A stretch of DNA of 64,000 nt from Eledone cirrhosa. Taxonomy: Eukaryota. Shown piece after piece: positions 35,840-51,772 of this stretch. Below the pieces are notes generated by a model. That model saw only the letters and a list, made by a program, of their open reading frames with translations. It ran no database searches and had not been told where the DNA came from. Positions within the stretch are counted from its first letter, which is position 1. The number at the start of each line of letters is the position of its first letter. Both the position numbers and the translations under genes were made by a program. The DNA lies in NCBI GenBank assembly GCA_964016885.1, contig OZ024742.1:226610001-226674000 (forward strand), given 5' to 3'.

Positions 35840-36845
35840 TTGGCAGTATTGGTAGAGGGTCGGACGCCATGCTTTGATGTATAGAGTTACGGTCCTTGCC
35901 ATTCTGAGTTCAAATCCCGCCGAGGATAACTTTGCCTTTCATCCTTACAGGGTCGATAAAATAAAGTACCAGTAATGCACTGGGTATTTGCTGGCCTTGT
36001 GCCAAACGTAGAAACAATTATTATATTACTAAAATTATTCTTTCTACTTTTGGCACAAGGCCAGAAATTATCCCAGTGAATTACTGGTACTTTATTTTAT
36101 CGACCTCGTAAGGATGAAAGGCAAAGTTAACCTCGGCGGGATTTGAACTCAGATCATAAAGGGCCGTAACTCTATACGGCAAAGTATAGCGTCCGACCCT
36201 CTACCGATACTGCCAATCCACAATAATAAGGATTTCTAGTATAGGCACAAGGCCAATAATTACGTTACTGGTACTTTATTTTATCGACCCCGTAAGGATG
36301 AAAGGCAAAGTTAACATCGGTGCGATTTGAACTCAGGCCGTAAAGGGCCGTAACTCTAGGCGGCAAAGCATGGTGTCCGACGCTCTACCGATACTGTCAA
36401 TCCACCGTCCTCAGTAATATAATGATAATAATTGTTTCTACTTTTGGCACGACTTTTGACGAGAAGGAGAAAGTCAACTAAATCGACCCCAGTGTATTAC
36501 TGGTATTTTATTCTATCGACCCTATAGGGTGAAAGGCAAAGCTCACCTCGGCGGGATTTAAACTCAGAACATAGAAAGTCGTAATTGTACGTTGCAAAGC
36601 ATTTTGTCGGACGCTCTCACGATTCTGCCAATCCGCTACTTTTATTCATTCTAACATTGGCACAATGCCAACAATTTGAGCGAAAAGGCAGTCGATTTCA
36701 TCGACTCCGGTACCTCATTGGTACTTCCTGTTGTCGATCCTGGAAGGATAAAAGGCAAAGTTGACTTTGGCAGGATTTGAACTCAGAAAGTAAAGAGCCG
36801 GAACAAACACTAAGCATTTGCCTGGCGTTCTAACGACTCTGCCAA
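35840..36845. mobile_element. Cluster of five tRNA-derived SINEs (one +, four -)
   Basis: copies at about 35840-36020 (+), 36035-36220, 36225-36410, 36430-36640 and 36645-36845 (-). Confidence 0.9.
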
Positions 36846-37842
36846 TGATTAGGTTTAATGATGCATGAACGACAGCCATCGAGTATGATAGTTGTGTGTT
36901 TATGGTTTCGTAGTTTCATGATTAAGTGCTCTGCAGAGTATATGATGCTAATTTACACAGTAACGACAAACTTACACGGAAACTGGATATTAAAGGTGAT
37001 TGTGGCTTGATGAAGTTTATCCTCTTAGCAGTATAGCGGGTTGGTTTTCATCACGTTATCGTATATCTGTGAGATGTTTCAATTCGGTTTAGATTTGTGT
37101 GTGTGTGTGGGGGGGGGGGGGGGGGGTGCTCAGGTTTTATTAATTAGACTTGAATTATTTGCTGGTTGGTTTGCTTATGATGGACGTTGTTTTCATTGTG
37201 ATAAAAATTGTTTTGCGACTGAGTGAATACATTTGTGTGGTTGGTCTTGGTGGTTTAGGTTTGTGGTGTTCCTTTACTATCATCCTGTTGTTGGGTTGGA
37301 CTGTGAGAGAAAATTTTACACACACACACACACACACATTAGTAGAAAACCATCCTGAGGGCCATATTTCTGCTAGTATATATTATATATTCTAAAATAT
37401 TTCTAAAGAAGCCATATCCTCGGTCTTTCGACCAAAAATTGAAAGATAGTCTTGGAATAGTTTTTGTTGCTAATGAGAGGCTTAAACTTTTCTCAATTCA
37501 ATTTACCTAGAATACTTTAAATGTTATATGTTTGTATGGACTCTTAACCCTGACAGAGTCGTAAGGGCGCCGTCATGGCAGAGCATTTCAAACATGGAGT
37601 GGTCTACCCCCTCTGCACGTTTATACACAGTAGATTTCTTCTAGAGAGAAAAAAAGGGGGAGTGAGAAAGAGCAAATGAGAAAGAGATGTAGAGAAAGAA
37701 TCGGTCCAGGTACTGGACTGGTCATTTTTTAATCGATTTAGAAAGGATGAAAAGCAAAATTGATTTCAGCGAGGATACCCTAACCACTAAGTTATGCGCC
37801 TTCAGTGATGGTCTAGTATGTATGTAGGTAGTTATGTATGTA

Positions 37843-38190
37843 TGGTCGGGTCGTCCGCGACTAAACTGGCAACACCTGGGAGTGAAAGGCCCCCAGTTGT
37901 TGTCCCAACACCTTTCTAGGAGAGGGAACCTCTGAAAAAAACCCTGCGGCTTCGGAAGCATCCGATGATGTTGATCAGTTCTACTTTTCGGGTAGTGTTT
38001 TCGATGCTCAGAGAATGGGATTGCTCGAGTGCAAGGCCTTTCCCCACTTAAAAAAACATTCAAAGCACATGCATTGCTTGTTCAGGATATGTTACAGGTT
38101 TGTATGACTGGCCGTGCACCAAACTCTATAATCCTCCAAGCAATTGCAGTACTCTTAGCAGAGTTTGCAACCATTATGTATGTATGTCAG
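37843..38190 (+). mobile_element. Non-autonomous RTE derivative (putative 5' UTR fused to the 3' end)
   Basis: 3' end CAAGCAATTGCAGTACTCTTAGCAGAGTTTGCAACCATTATGTATG matches the RTE 3' end at 47991-48035; flanked by (TATG)n. Confidence 0.65.
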
Positions 38191-38502
38191 GTTGCTCTCG
38201 ATCCCTACTGGTAACATGTAGCCCAGCACAACCTGTCGCATGGTCAGGTTGTCGGTGACTAAACCGACGACCCGACCAAACTTGCATGTTGAAGAGGGGG
38301 ATTTTGGACACCTTGTGGGACGAAAAACAAAACCTGACAAAGGACGGAAGAAATCATAAGAGTCAACGCCCATCCAGTAGTGTGTTCATTTGTATACATT
38401 GTGTGCATGTGTGTATGTAAATATAACTACACACATATATATATATGAATGAAACAGTTCTAGTCCTGCAGAAGCCATTTCTATATATTATATATTAGTG
38501 AA

Positions 38503-40656
38503 AAGGAAAAGAAAATGCTGACAAATTTTTCCCAGTGAAAAATAGTTTAATTAGGAATAAGTATAAATTAGTAATAAATATTAGTTAGTATTCAGTTTTA
38601 GTTTTAAGTTTTTACCGGTTGCGCATTTCTTATGCTTTTCAAAAATAATTTTGAGATAGGGTGCTCGTGATTTTAGCTCTAATCTGATCAGTTTTGGAAA
38701 TTATTCCTGTTTTATGTGAAAAAAGTGGCTTGGGAGGTATTAAAGTTTGGTTGGTTGTTGAATGTCACGTGAATAAGCACTATAAATTTTGCGCCAATTC
38801 GTGTTGCAAAAATTCTTGTAGTCAAAGCAATTTTGATTGGTCGGTAGAAGTCACGTGAATGTTTAAATTGATTTCGCGCCAAATGTAGGTTTGTCGAAGA
38901 GTGTACTTTTCCGCTTGATTGAGTTTCAGTCATGTTGAGAGGTCAACAGTTCAGGTGTCTATTAAGACAAATATGACACCATCCTCCAGAACATCCCTGT
39001 ATTAAAAAAGGACCATAGAATGAACCAAATCCTTCGAACACACGATATCATAAAGAGCAAAAGACAATCTAAGTCAATGAAAAACATCCTAACACATGCC
39101 AAAGTACTGCCAACCACAACAACGAAACCCACAGTAAAAAAATGCGATAGACCCAACTGTGGTATATACATCAACCTAATAGAGGGTTCGGAATTTTATT
39201 TCAAACAAGGACAACTTTTTATAGTAAAACACAATTTCACATGCGCATCAGAAAACCTAATATATATGTATTAACTTGCTCAGGTTGTCGAGAACAATAC
39301 ATAGGCCAGACTAAAAACAGCCTCCGCCAACGCATGACTGTCCATAGATCCCAAATCAAAATACGGGAATACAGAAAAATAGCACTGAGTGAACACATTG
39401 ATACCTGTGCCGCCCAAAATCATCCCAACTTTAGAATATTTCCCCTCTACAAATTTAAAGATAATTCCACCCACACCCAGCGCATCAGCAAGGAATCTCA
39501 TTTTATTAATAAATACGGACCCCGTCTAAACACTTCTTCCTAAGACGAACCCACAACATACACACCTACATCAGCATACATCCTACATATAAACACAATG
39601 ACATACGTAAACACACATGTTCTATGGTGCAACACAAATATACAGAAATTTGCATACCTTTTGATGTTTATAGATATATGTGCCGACACGCACACATACA
39701 CATGCGCACACATGTATTGCATATTGATGGGTGCATACATATTTGTACACAATTATCCCATACAGCAGGGCCTAATGGATTCCCCTTGCAGTACGTACAA
39801 TCTGGACTTACACACGCCTTGTTGTTGTGACAATACTATACATCATTTCACCTCTTTTATTATTGATGTTATTGATGTTCTTTTGAGAGAATCGTGTTTG
39901 CAAATGACAGAAAATATCGAATAATGTACCAGTATCACAAAAATACTGGTCCATCAACACACGCGCGCGCGCATGCACACGCACACACTAACATACAGGC
40001 AGACACACACACACACACACACACACACTTCTCCGTATAAGACAAGAGCTGAAAAATATGTTTCAACATGTTAAAATAACCCCTCTCACACGCACACACG
40101 TACACACACATTCCTACTGACCGATTCATTTCTATTATCACAACAATGAACCACTTTCACACACACACATATTTGTCTTAATAGACACCTGAACTGTTGA
40201 CCTCTCAACATGACTGCAACTCAATCAAGCGGAAAAGGACACTCTTCGACAAACCTACATTTGGCGCGAAACAAGTTCGCGCTAAAATCAATTTAAACAT
40301 TCACGTGACTTCTACCGACCAATCAAAATTGTTTTGACTACAAGAATTTTTGCAACACGAATTGGCGCGAAATTTATAGTGCTTATTCACGTGACATTCA
40401 ACCACCAACCAAACTTTAATACCTCCCAAGCCACTTTTTTCCCATAAAACAGGAATAATTTCCAAAACTGATCAGATTAGAGCAAAAATCACGAGCACTC
40501 TATCTCAAAATTATTTTTGAAAAGCATGAGAAATGCGCAACCTGTAAAAACTTAAAACTAAAACTGAATACTAACTAATACTTATTACTAATTTATACTT
40601 ATTCCTAATTAAACTATTTTTCACTGGGAAAAATTTGTCAGCATTTTCTTTTCCTT
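38503..40656 (+). mobile_element. Penelope-like element, 5'-truncated, with inverted pseudo-LTRs
   Basis: 38503-38975 is the reverse complement of 40168-40656; these flank a GIY-YIG ORF; (TA)n on both sides. Confidence 0.9.
38976..39543 (+). pseudogene. Penelope GIY-YIG endonuclease (one frameshift)
   Basis: KKCDRPNCG..HNFTCASENLIY / VLTCSGCREQYIGQTKNSLRQRMTVHRS..ESHFINKYGPRLN*. Confidence 0.88.
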
Positions 40657-40681
40657 CTTACAAATATATATACATATATAT

Positions 40682-40780
<99 letters not shown>

Positions 40781-41523
40781 CCATCATCATCGGCTGTAGC
40801 CAAGCCAACCAAATACAATTGGGAATTATACAGCCAAGCACTCCATGAGAAAGCTCAGAATAATAACATTCGTTAGACGGCATGACAAATTGAAAACTGT
40901 GGCAGCAAGCCTAGCCACGACACCGAAGCAACGAAAAAACCAACAGGTTAATAAGCAAACCTGGACCATTTTGGAGGCACAACGTCGTTTCTCTGAAAGG
41001 TTTCTATGAATTCAAAATCAACAATCCTACTTGCGCAAGTATGCAAGTTTTTGGTGTTTGAAGACCGAACTGAGGATTCATGTTATCAACAGGTTTCCGT
41101 TCTGTGCCTTGTCCCGGTGTAGTATGAAGTAGCAAGTCACTGTTGTCAGCAGCGGTTAATGCCTCAACTATCTCGTGCTTTTTGCCAACAAGGGAAATAA
41201 CACCTGGTTCTTGACAGGCAAATTCAAAACATGAACAAGGGAAGTGTATTCCCTGCACAAACCGAATGAGAAGCACTCGACCAAGCGTTATTAAACAATA
41301 TATATATAGATGTAAAAGCCCACTGCTGCGCGAGGACGTAGGAATTCCTGAGTTGGTGCCTAGGCGCGCGGTAAGCCCACTTGCAACTCGATGACACCAA
41401 TGATGTTGACTTGTTCTTCTTTTTGGATGCCTGTCGTCGCTGTTCAGAGGGTGGAATTGGTCCTGTGCAAGGCATTTTTTAAAAAAAGTTTTAAGCATAG
41501 GTGTTGCTTGATCACTATCAATA

Positions 41524-44500
41524 TATTTCTGCTTTATAGCATAATGGCTGGCTGTAGCCTAAAACGGCAATCCAATGTCAATGACAATAAGGTCTCTGGT
41601 ACGCGTGGTGAAAGGGGTTTCACTCGGCAGACGTTCTGGGGAACCGCAGTACAAGCCTGGTCGTCATCCTACTACTGCAAGAGAGTATACAACTACAACT
41701 ATGAATATCGGTTGTTGGAATATCCGAATACTATTGGATGACGAATCGACAACACGCCCAGAAAGATCTGCGCTCTTAGCGAAGGAGTTACAGTGTTGTA
41801 TGGACATAACAGATCTGTCAGAAACAAGGCTCGCGGGCGAGTGTCATTTTACGGAACAGGCCAGCGGATATATCTTTTACTGGAGTGGTATAGTGGAGGA
41901 GTGTAAGAGAGAGTCTGGGGTAGCTTTGACAGGGAAAAACACTTGTGTCGTGTCTGGAAGAACTAGCTAGTGGAGTTAATAACAGGCTTATGTATATGAG
42001 ACTTTCGTTAGCGAATGGCCGATATGCGACCTTTGTTGTCATTTACGCCCCCATTAAGTCTGCACCCGAAGAAGAGAAGTTTTCCTTCCACATGTCTCTG
42101 AAAGAAGTTGTCCGAAAGGTTTCTCGTGATGACAAACTCATCATCCTTGGTGACTTCAATGCATGAGTAGGTATGGATTCTGAGGCATGGACGGCTCTTG
42201 GTAAGCATAGCGTCGGCGGGTGCAACAGCAATGGAATGAGTCTGCTTCAAATATGCGCCAAACTTGATCTATGAAATTATAATACTATGTTCCAAATGAA
42301 ACATAAATATAAGACCACACGGATGTATTCTGGCTCCAAACATAACTCGTAGGTGTGACGCTCATGATGTGTACGTCGTTCGGGCGATGCGTGGTGCTGA
42401 ATGTTGGACTGACCATAGGTTGGTCAGAGGGAAAGGTTAAAGCCAAGGATTAGGTGCAATGGTGTCACACTTACGAAGAACAACTGGAAATGCTTTAAGG
42501 AGTCAGTGTATAATATCTGTGCTGGTGTGGTTGATTTTGCAAAACGCAAGCACCAGGATTGGTTTAACGAAAATGACAAGGAGATAAATGAGTTGTTATT
42601 GGGAAAGAAGAGAGCACTTTCGACCTTGCTCAAAGGTGGCTACTTTGCCACTGAACAACAAAAAAACACACAAACTCATTTAAATATGCAAGATCTAGTG
42701 TCAGACGACGGTTGAGAAACATACAAGAGACATGGTGGAGTACCAAGTCTGACGAAATTCAATCTGCTTCCAATCCCATCAACACCAAAGTCTCTCTCGA
42801 GCGGGGAGTCTCATCGGTCTGGTACTTATCCCGGTTTCCGTGGCGTTGAATGACTGAGAGTACAAGATTCTCCTCTGGCTAGGACATCAGTCCTTCGCAG
42901 GGTAAAATCCCCAGCTATTGCTGATACTAATTTTTAACTGAGTATACTGGAGAGACGTGAAATGAAGTCTTTTTGCTCAAGAACACAACATACAACCTAG
43001 TCCATTATGATTGTAAGTCCACCACCCTTACCTTTAAGCCACGCACCTCTGCCAATAACACCAAGCTGTTGTATAATCTCTTTCGTGGGGTCTACGGATC
43101 TTCATCTTCTCCTGTTGTACCATCATGCACTAAAGATGGAAAATCTATTCTCAGACAACAAAAGGAAATACTGGGCAGTTGGAAATAGCACTTTTATGAA
43201 CTTCTAAATCAGTCTTCAGAGATCGATGAGGAGTTTCTTGAGTCAATACCCTATAGACACGTGAAAGATGTTCTGGCAGAGGTTCCTTCAATAGAAGAAA
43301 TCAAGGCAGCGGTTCAGAAACTTAACAGTAGCAAGTCTCCCGGTATGGATGGCTTGTATACATAATTCTTTAATTATGGAAGTGAAAACATAATGCGTTG
43401 CCTTGCCTCCTTGATACAGAAAGTTTGGACAGAAGAGATAATACCACAGGAATGGAAGGATGCACTAATGGTTGTTCTGTTTAAGGGAAAGGGTGTAAAG
43501 AATGACTGTAGCTACTATAGAGGAATAGTACTGCTGTCGGTGGCTGGAAGGGTTCTGCGCAGAGTGATACTTGACAGACTTTTGTTATACAATACTGACG
43601 ATGTTCTTTCAGAATCCCAATGTAGTTTTAAACAAGGCAGGGATACAATGGATCTGATATTTTCGGCTAGACAACTTCAGGAGAAGTGTATGGAACAAAG
43701 AGTAAATCTGTTTCAAATGTTCATTGTCTTTGACATAATTAATAGAGAATCTGTTTGGAAAATACTTAGAAAGCTTGGCTGCCGAGACACATTCTTGGCA
43801 ATCCTGTGTCAATGTCATGACATGAAAGCCTAGATGAATATTGGTGGAAGTGTGTAAGATCCTATTGCTGTATGGAATGGTATCAAACAGGGTGACATAA
43901 CAGCACCAACACTGTTTTCACTGTTCTTTACTGTGGTATTTTTAATGACATTGAAGGACGGTCGAAATAAATCAGGTTTAATACATCTAGGAAGCTTTTG
44001 GACATAAGACGCTTTGGTGCCAATACGAAGGTCATGTACCCACCGTTGAGAGAATTTCTGTACGCAAATGACTGTAATCTTTTTGCCCAGACGTTGGAAG
44101 ATATGTAGCATCTAATGGACTCCTTCAGCAGTGCGTATTCTGCGCTTGGTTTAACAACCAGCTTGAAGAAGACTGGTCATGTACAAGCCAGCACAAGGAA
44201 AACCATACGTAGAACCACACATAAGAGTGTATAATCAGAAACTCTGTGTGGTGTACAGATTTGTGTATCTTGGCAGTAAATTAAGCGTATCATGCAAGTC
44301 TACCTGACTTGTGTCTTGTCTACCTGACTTGTGTACTGTCATTTCTAATGTACGCTCGTGAGACATTGGTTATATACCTGAGGCATCTAAAACAGCTGGA
44401 GTGCTTTCACCAGCAGTGCTTTCGTCGACTCTGAAGGATGTATGTGAGTGATGTTGAGGTCTTTGAAAAAAAATCAATGTCAGAGTATCCTACAACACCG

Positions 44501-44798
44501 TCTCCGATGGTTGGGACATGTGGTGATAATAGAGGACTGTATGTTACACAAACAACTTCTGTATGGCGAGCTAAAGGATGGCAAACGTCCACTTCATAAA
44601 CCTAAGATGAGGTTCAAGGACTATGGGAAAACATCTCTGATGAAAGCTGGTATCTCTGATGGAGATTGGGAACAAGCTGCCAACTATGGAACTCTGTGGA
44701 GAGAAGCTGTATATGATGGGAAAGAACACTTTGATACGGCCCGAAGAAATTATGAACGGTTAAAAAGGGATGTGAAGAAGCGCTTGAAAGTGGAATGA
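41524..44798 (+). mobile_element. RTE-clade LINE, near full length, decayed (APE plus RT)
   Basis: IGCWNIRIL..LSETRL; YAP..ILGDFNA; YRGIVLLSVAG..ESQCSFKQGR; GIKQG; RLRWLGHV..LYGEL; many stops and frameshifts. Confidence 0.92.
42790..43050 (-). mobile_element. SINE inserted in the RTE
   Basis: non-LINE sequence flanked by AACACCAA duplications; GAAATGAAGT..TTGCTCAAGAACACAAC motif. Confidence 0.7.
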
Positions 44799-44799
44799 A

Positions 44800-47700
44800 C
44801 AGGAAGCATGGGATATTGGTCGTTTCGTCTCCAATTTGGCAATGGTACGGCTCTGCAGCAACCTAGGTTATTGAGCAGCCCTTTGTTTTAGGGGTAGCAT
44901 TGCTCACCTGTTAGCAGGAGGATCTTTCAGTCCAGTGAAACTCGCCTTGAAAGATCTGCTTTGGTGTCGAGGGAACTCAATCGCTATAGCATGGACATCG
45001 TTGCTCTTTCAGAAACGAGATTTGCAGGTGAGGGTCAATTCACAGAACAGAAGGGAGGATATACCTTCTATTGGAGTGGGAACAGGGGGTTGTAGGAGAG
45101 AGGCAGGGGTGGCGTTTGCTGTCAGGAATGGAATCGTCTCAAAGCTGGAAAATCTTCCTTGTGGATTCAATGATCGGATAATGTCCATGAGAGTCCCTCT
45201 GATTCAAAACCGCTTTGTGACTCTGGTCAGTGTGTACGCTCCTACTATGTGTGCCAGTGATGAAAAACTAAGTTTCTACATGTTTTTGAGAGAGGTCATC
45301 CATGGTATACCTTATGCAGACAAGATTGTCATCCTTGGTGATTTTAATGCACGTGTTGGTAATGACTGGGAAGCTTGGAGTGTGATGGGCAGGCATGGAG
45401 TAGGTAAGTGCAATAACAATGGCCTACTTCTGTTGCAGATGTGCACTGAGATGGATCTTGTTGTTGGGAACACGCTCTTTCATCAGAAAGACAAACATAC
45501 GACAACTTGGATGCATCCAGGTTCCAAGAAGTGGCACCTTATTGACTTTGTTTTAACGAGGAAACGTGATATCAGGGATATCACATTGGTTCGTGTATTG
45601 CGAGGCGCGGAATGTTGTACTGATCATCGTCTGGTGCGCGCCAAATTTCAATTTGTTGTGAAGCCCAAAGTAAGGGGGAAGAAGGTTGCACTTCCAAAAC
45701 AACTAAACGTGGCTCGTCTGAAAACAGAGAAAGTGATAGCTGAGCTGTCGAAGTCACTTGAGTCCATGGAATGTGAAAACACGTGGGAATCATTGAAGAA
45801 AACCGTCTATGATGTTAGTGCTGGAGTTTTGGGTCATACAAATAGAAAGCATAAAGACTGGTTCGATGAAAATGATCCAGTGATCCAGACCTTGCTTGAA
45901 GAGAAACAAAAAGTGCTGACATCATTGTTGAGTGAGACACGTTCTGACAGGAGTGACCGGACCTTCAGGCAGATCAAGGCACGTGTGCAACATCTATTGA
46001 GAGCCATGCTGGATACGTGGTGGAGCCAAAAGACTGATGAAATCTAGAAGGCCTCAGATAGACAGGATACAAAGCTCCTATACAGTCTGCTCAGGCGTAT
46101 GGTCCGACCGGTTCACAAATATCACCACTTCGTTCCAGGGACGGCAAGGAATTGCTCAGAGATCCTAAGGAAATCCTGATCAGGTGGCATGACCACTTTG
46201 ATGAGCTTCTCAACAGACCATCAGAAATTGATGATGAGTTCATCCGATCGATTCCATCCAGACCTACAAAGCTGGCAATGGCTGATCCTCCTTCATTTGA
46301 TGAGGTGGCGAAGACTATTGCCAAATTAGACAGCGGCAAGTCACTTGGAATGGATGGACTGAGTGCCGAGATTTTCAAGTGTGCTGGTGATAACTTCTTA
46401 AACTGCCTCACTGATCTCTTTGTGAATGTTTGGAATGAAGATTTGCCACAGGACTAGAAAGATGCATTGATAGTGGTACTTTACAAAGGAAAGGGAGCCA
46501 AAGATGACTGTGGAAACTACAGAGGTATTTCACTGCTATCTGTGCAGGATTTTGTTGGACAGATTGATACAGCACATTGCTGTTGAGGTACTTCCTGAGT
46601 CCCAATGTGGCTTTAAGCATGGCAGAGGCACTGTTGACTTGATCTTCTCGGCCAAACAACTTCAAGAGAAATGCATTGAGCAGTGCATGGACCAAGTTTT
46701 TGTCGATCTGACCAAGGCATTTGACACCGTTAATCGGAAGGCGTTGTGGGTTATTTTGGAGAGATTGAGCTGTCCTGAAAGGGATTGTCAACACGGTATC
46801 TATCTCAGATATTGCACTTCCGGCAAGCTGTTTAACCTTAGGCGTCTCACTGCCAACACTAAGGTACTAAGTACCTTGATCAGAGAATTTTTATATGCGG
46901 ATGACATGCAACACCTTATGGATTCTTTTTCCTATGCGTGCAGTGCTTTGGGACTGACAATCAGTCTGAAGAAGACTGTCGTCATGTACCAACCTGCTCC
47001 GAATAAAGTTTTCAATAACCCTCCATATACGTATACGGTCAAAAGCTGAAGGCTGCTGACACCACATTTGTGTATTTGGGGAGTACTCTGAGTGTGGCCT
47101 GCTCCCTGGAGGCTGAAGTTGGTCTACGTGTTAGTAAGGCAAGTGAGTCATTTGGAAGGCTCAACGACCGTCTTTGGTGCAGGCGAGGAATCACAATGAG
47201 GACCAAGGTGAGAGTGTATGCTGCATGTGTACTGTCAGCTTTTCTGTATGCATGTGAGACATGGGTTGCCTACAAACGGCATATCCACAGACTGGAACGG
47301 TTTCACCAGCATTGTCTTAGAAAGATGCTCGGTATCAAGTGGCAGATGCATGTGAGTGATGTTAAGGTCCTTGAGAGAAGTGAGTGTCGGAGCATTGAGA
47401 GTATCATCCACCAACGACGTTTGCGATGGACCGGACACCTCTGCAGAATGGAGGATGATTGAATCCCAAAACAACTCTTGTATGGCGAGCTTTGTGAGGG
47501 TAAGAGTCCACCTCACAAGCCAAGGCTCCGATTCAAGGATTGTGTAAAGGACTTATTGAAAAAAACTGGTTTGATGATGGCTGACTGGGAGATAGAAGCT
47601 CTTGAAAGAGAAACTTGGTGTGGAATGGTGAATGATGGGGTCCATAATTTTGAGCACAGACGCATAGAGCACGAGAAGATCAAACGGGACGTGCGTAAGC

Positions 47701-48030
47701 AATGCCCTGGTGTATCTCTCGAAACGATCGATGTCTCCATTGAATTGAAGGGCCCTGAGTGTGGAAAAGTTAGCTTGAGCAAATCTGGTCTCAGGAGCCA
47801 CAATCGCAGCCATGTTCAAAGAGAACCAGTGAACTATGATCTCCACGTGGTTGTGAGGGTTCACGGACAACCTGATGCTGATACAGGACATCAAGCCAGG
47901 GACATCCATAGTTGTCGTCAGTGTATGAAGGATTGCAAGTCTCTAGCAGGCTTGAAAAGTCATATCCGAGCGTCACACATCTGAATCTGACAAGCGATTG
48001 CAATACTCTTGGCAGAGTTTGCAGCCATCA
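44800..48030 (+). mobile_element. RTE-clade LINE with C-terminal C2H2 zinc fingers, decayed
   Basis: APE (VSVYAPT, LGDFNARVG, TWMHPGSKKWHLID, TDHRLV); RT (FVDLTKAFDTV, FLYADD); CGKVSLSKSGLRSHNRSH and CRQCMKDCKSLAGLKSHIRASH; (TATG)n tail. Confidence 0.93.
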
Positions 48031-48114
48031 TGTATGTATGTATGTATGTATGTATGTATGTATGTATGTATGTATGTATGTATGTATGTATGTATGTATC
48101 TATGTGTATGGGTT

Positions 48115-48146
<32 letters not shown>

Positions 48147-48240
48147 TGTATGTATGTATGTATGTATGTATGCATCTATGTATTTATGTATGAGAGAGTC
48201 TGTGGTGCTAAGACCAGGAAGACCACTAATCATAGGAATA

Positions 48241-48290
48241 CGGCGCCAAGTGATTTCGGCTTGTGTCACAAGCCGAACCGCTTGGCGCCG
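48241..48290. repeat. GC-rich hairpin insert among microsatellites
   Basis: CGGCGCCAAGTGATTTCGGCTTGTG-T-CACAAGCCGAACCGCTTGGCGCCG. Confidence 0.8.
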
Positions 48291-48313
48291 CGGTCGGGAT
48301 CTCTCTCTCTCTC

Positions 48314-48463
<150 letters not shown>

Positions 48464-48771
48464 TATAGTTACAAACGATAACATCAAGAATTTACCTAGA
48501 ATGCTTTAAATTATTTATTGATTAATTTTCACGCGGATATGTCTTTTATTTATTTATTATTATTTATTTATCTTTGTAATTAAGTAAAGATAAGAAAATC
48601 TATTTCTGTCTGTGCTTCACATCTTTATCGATTAATTTCCAATGTGACAGAATATTCTTAATCTAGTCCAAAATTGTTTAAGGCGATCTAAAGTGATTTC
48701 TATAATGTTTGCTCAGAGAAAGAATTTCGAAGAATTTGATAAAACAACTGACTTTTTTTATTTTTATCTTA

Positions 48772-49010
48772 CTGTTAAGAATATATCTTAACAAAAGATT
48801 CTTACTCTAAATTATGATGGTGTTAAGATCCTAACAAGTGTCTTACTTAAAATTATGATAGTGTTAAGATCTTAACAAAGGTTCGTACTCAAAAATTATG
48901 ATAGTATTAAGATCTAAACAAAAGTTTCTTACTGAAAATTATAAGGCGTTAAAGACATATCTCAAGAAAGTTCTTACTCAAAACTATGAAGGTTATTTTT
49001 AAAATTAGGA
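48772..49010 (+). repeat. Minisatellite, ~40-45 bp unit
   Basis: repeated TTAAGATCTTAACAAA..TTCTTACT.AAAATTATGATAGTG. Confidence 0.8.
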
Positions 49011-49365
49011 TGTTTCCCTGATAGGTGTAATCTTAATGTTAATTTAATTGTCACAGCTCTTTCATCGCACATTATGTGGACTTCTGAATGACTATTCTCT
49101 CTTCTATATCTCCTCTTGTTTTCTTAACTCCGTATTGTCGTTCTGTGGTGCATTTGAGAACTAAGTACCACCCGGTTCTTAAATTAACCGAGGAATGGAT
49201 TAATTACTTAACTAATAATAAAATTGAAGTGAAACTCACTGGCGTGTTTTTATTGGCAGCATGACTCCTTCAAAGTATAACACTACCTGTTTCAACACAC
49301 GATTTCACATCAAGAAGTTTGCAAAGCAAATATATATGCAAATATATATATTTGCTTTCTTTCCA

Positions 49366-51395
<2,030 letters not shown>

Positions 51396-51652
51396 TATCG
51401 ATAAAGCAGCATTAAAAATATATATATATTTTTTAAAGTGAGACAGAAAAGAAAAGCAGAACATTTGAAAAATAACACTGAAAACTGTCAGGATTCGCCA
51501 TTATTTTTTACAATGTTAAAAGATTGGAAATATTTCTGAAAAATCTAAATCTAAAATGAACCTGGAATATTTCTTGTGATATATCTATGGTGGTGATGGT
51601 GGTCGTCGCGATGATGACAGTAAAGTTGGTTGCCAGCAACATGAGTGCGGTG

Positions 51653-51772
<120 letters not shown>

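Noticed and set aside
47740-47984. Host C2H2 zinc-finger gene
   Set aside because: In frame with the RTE C-terminus and followed by the LINE tail.
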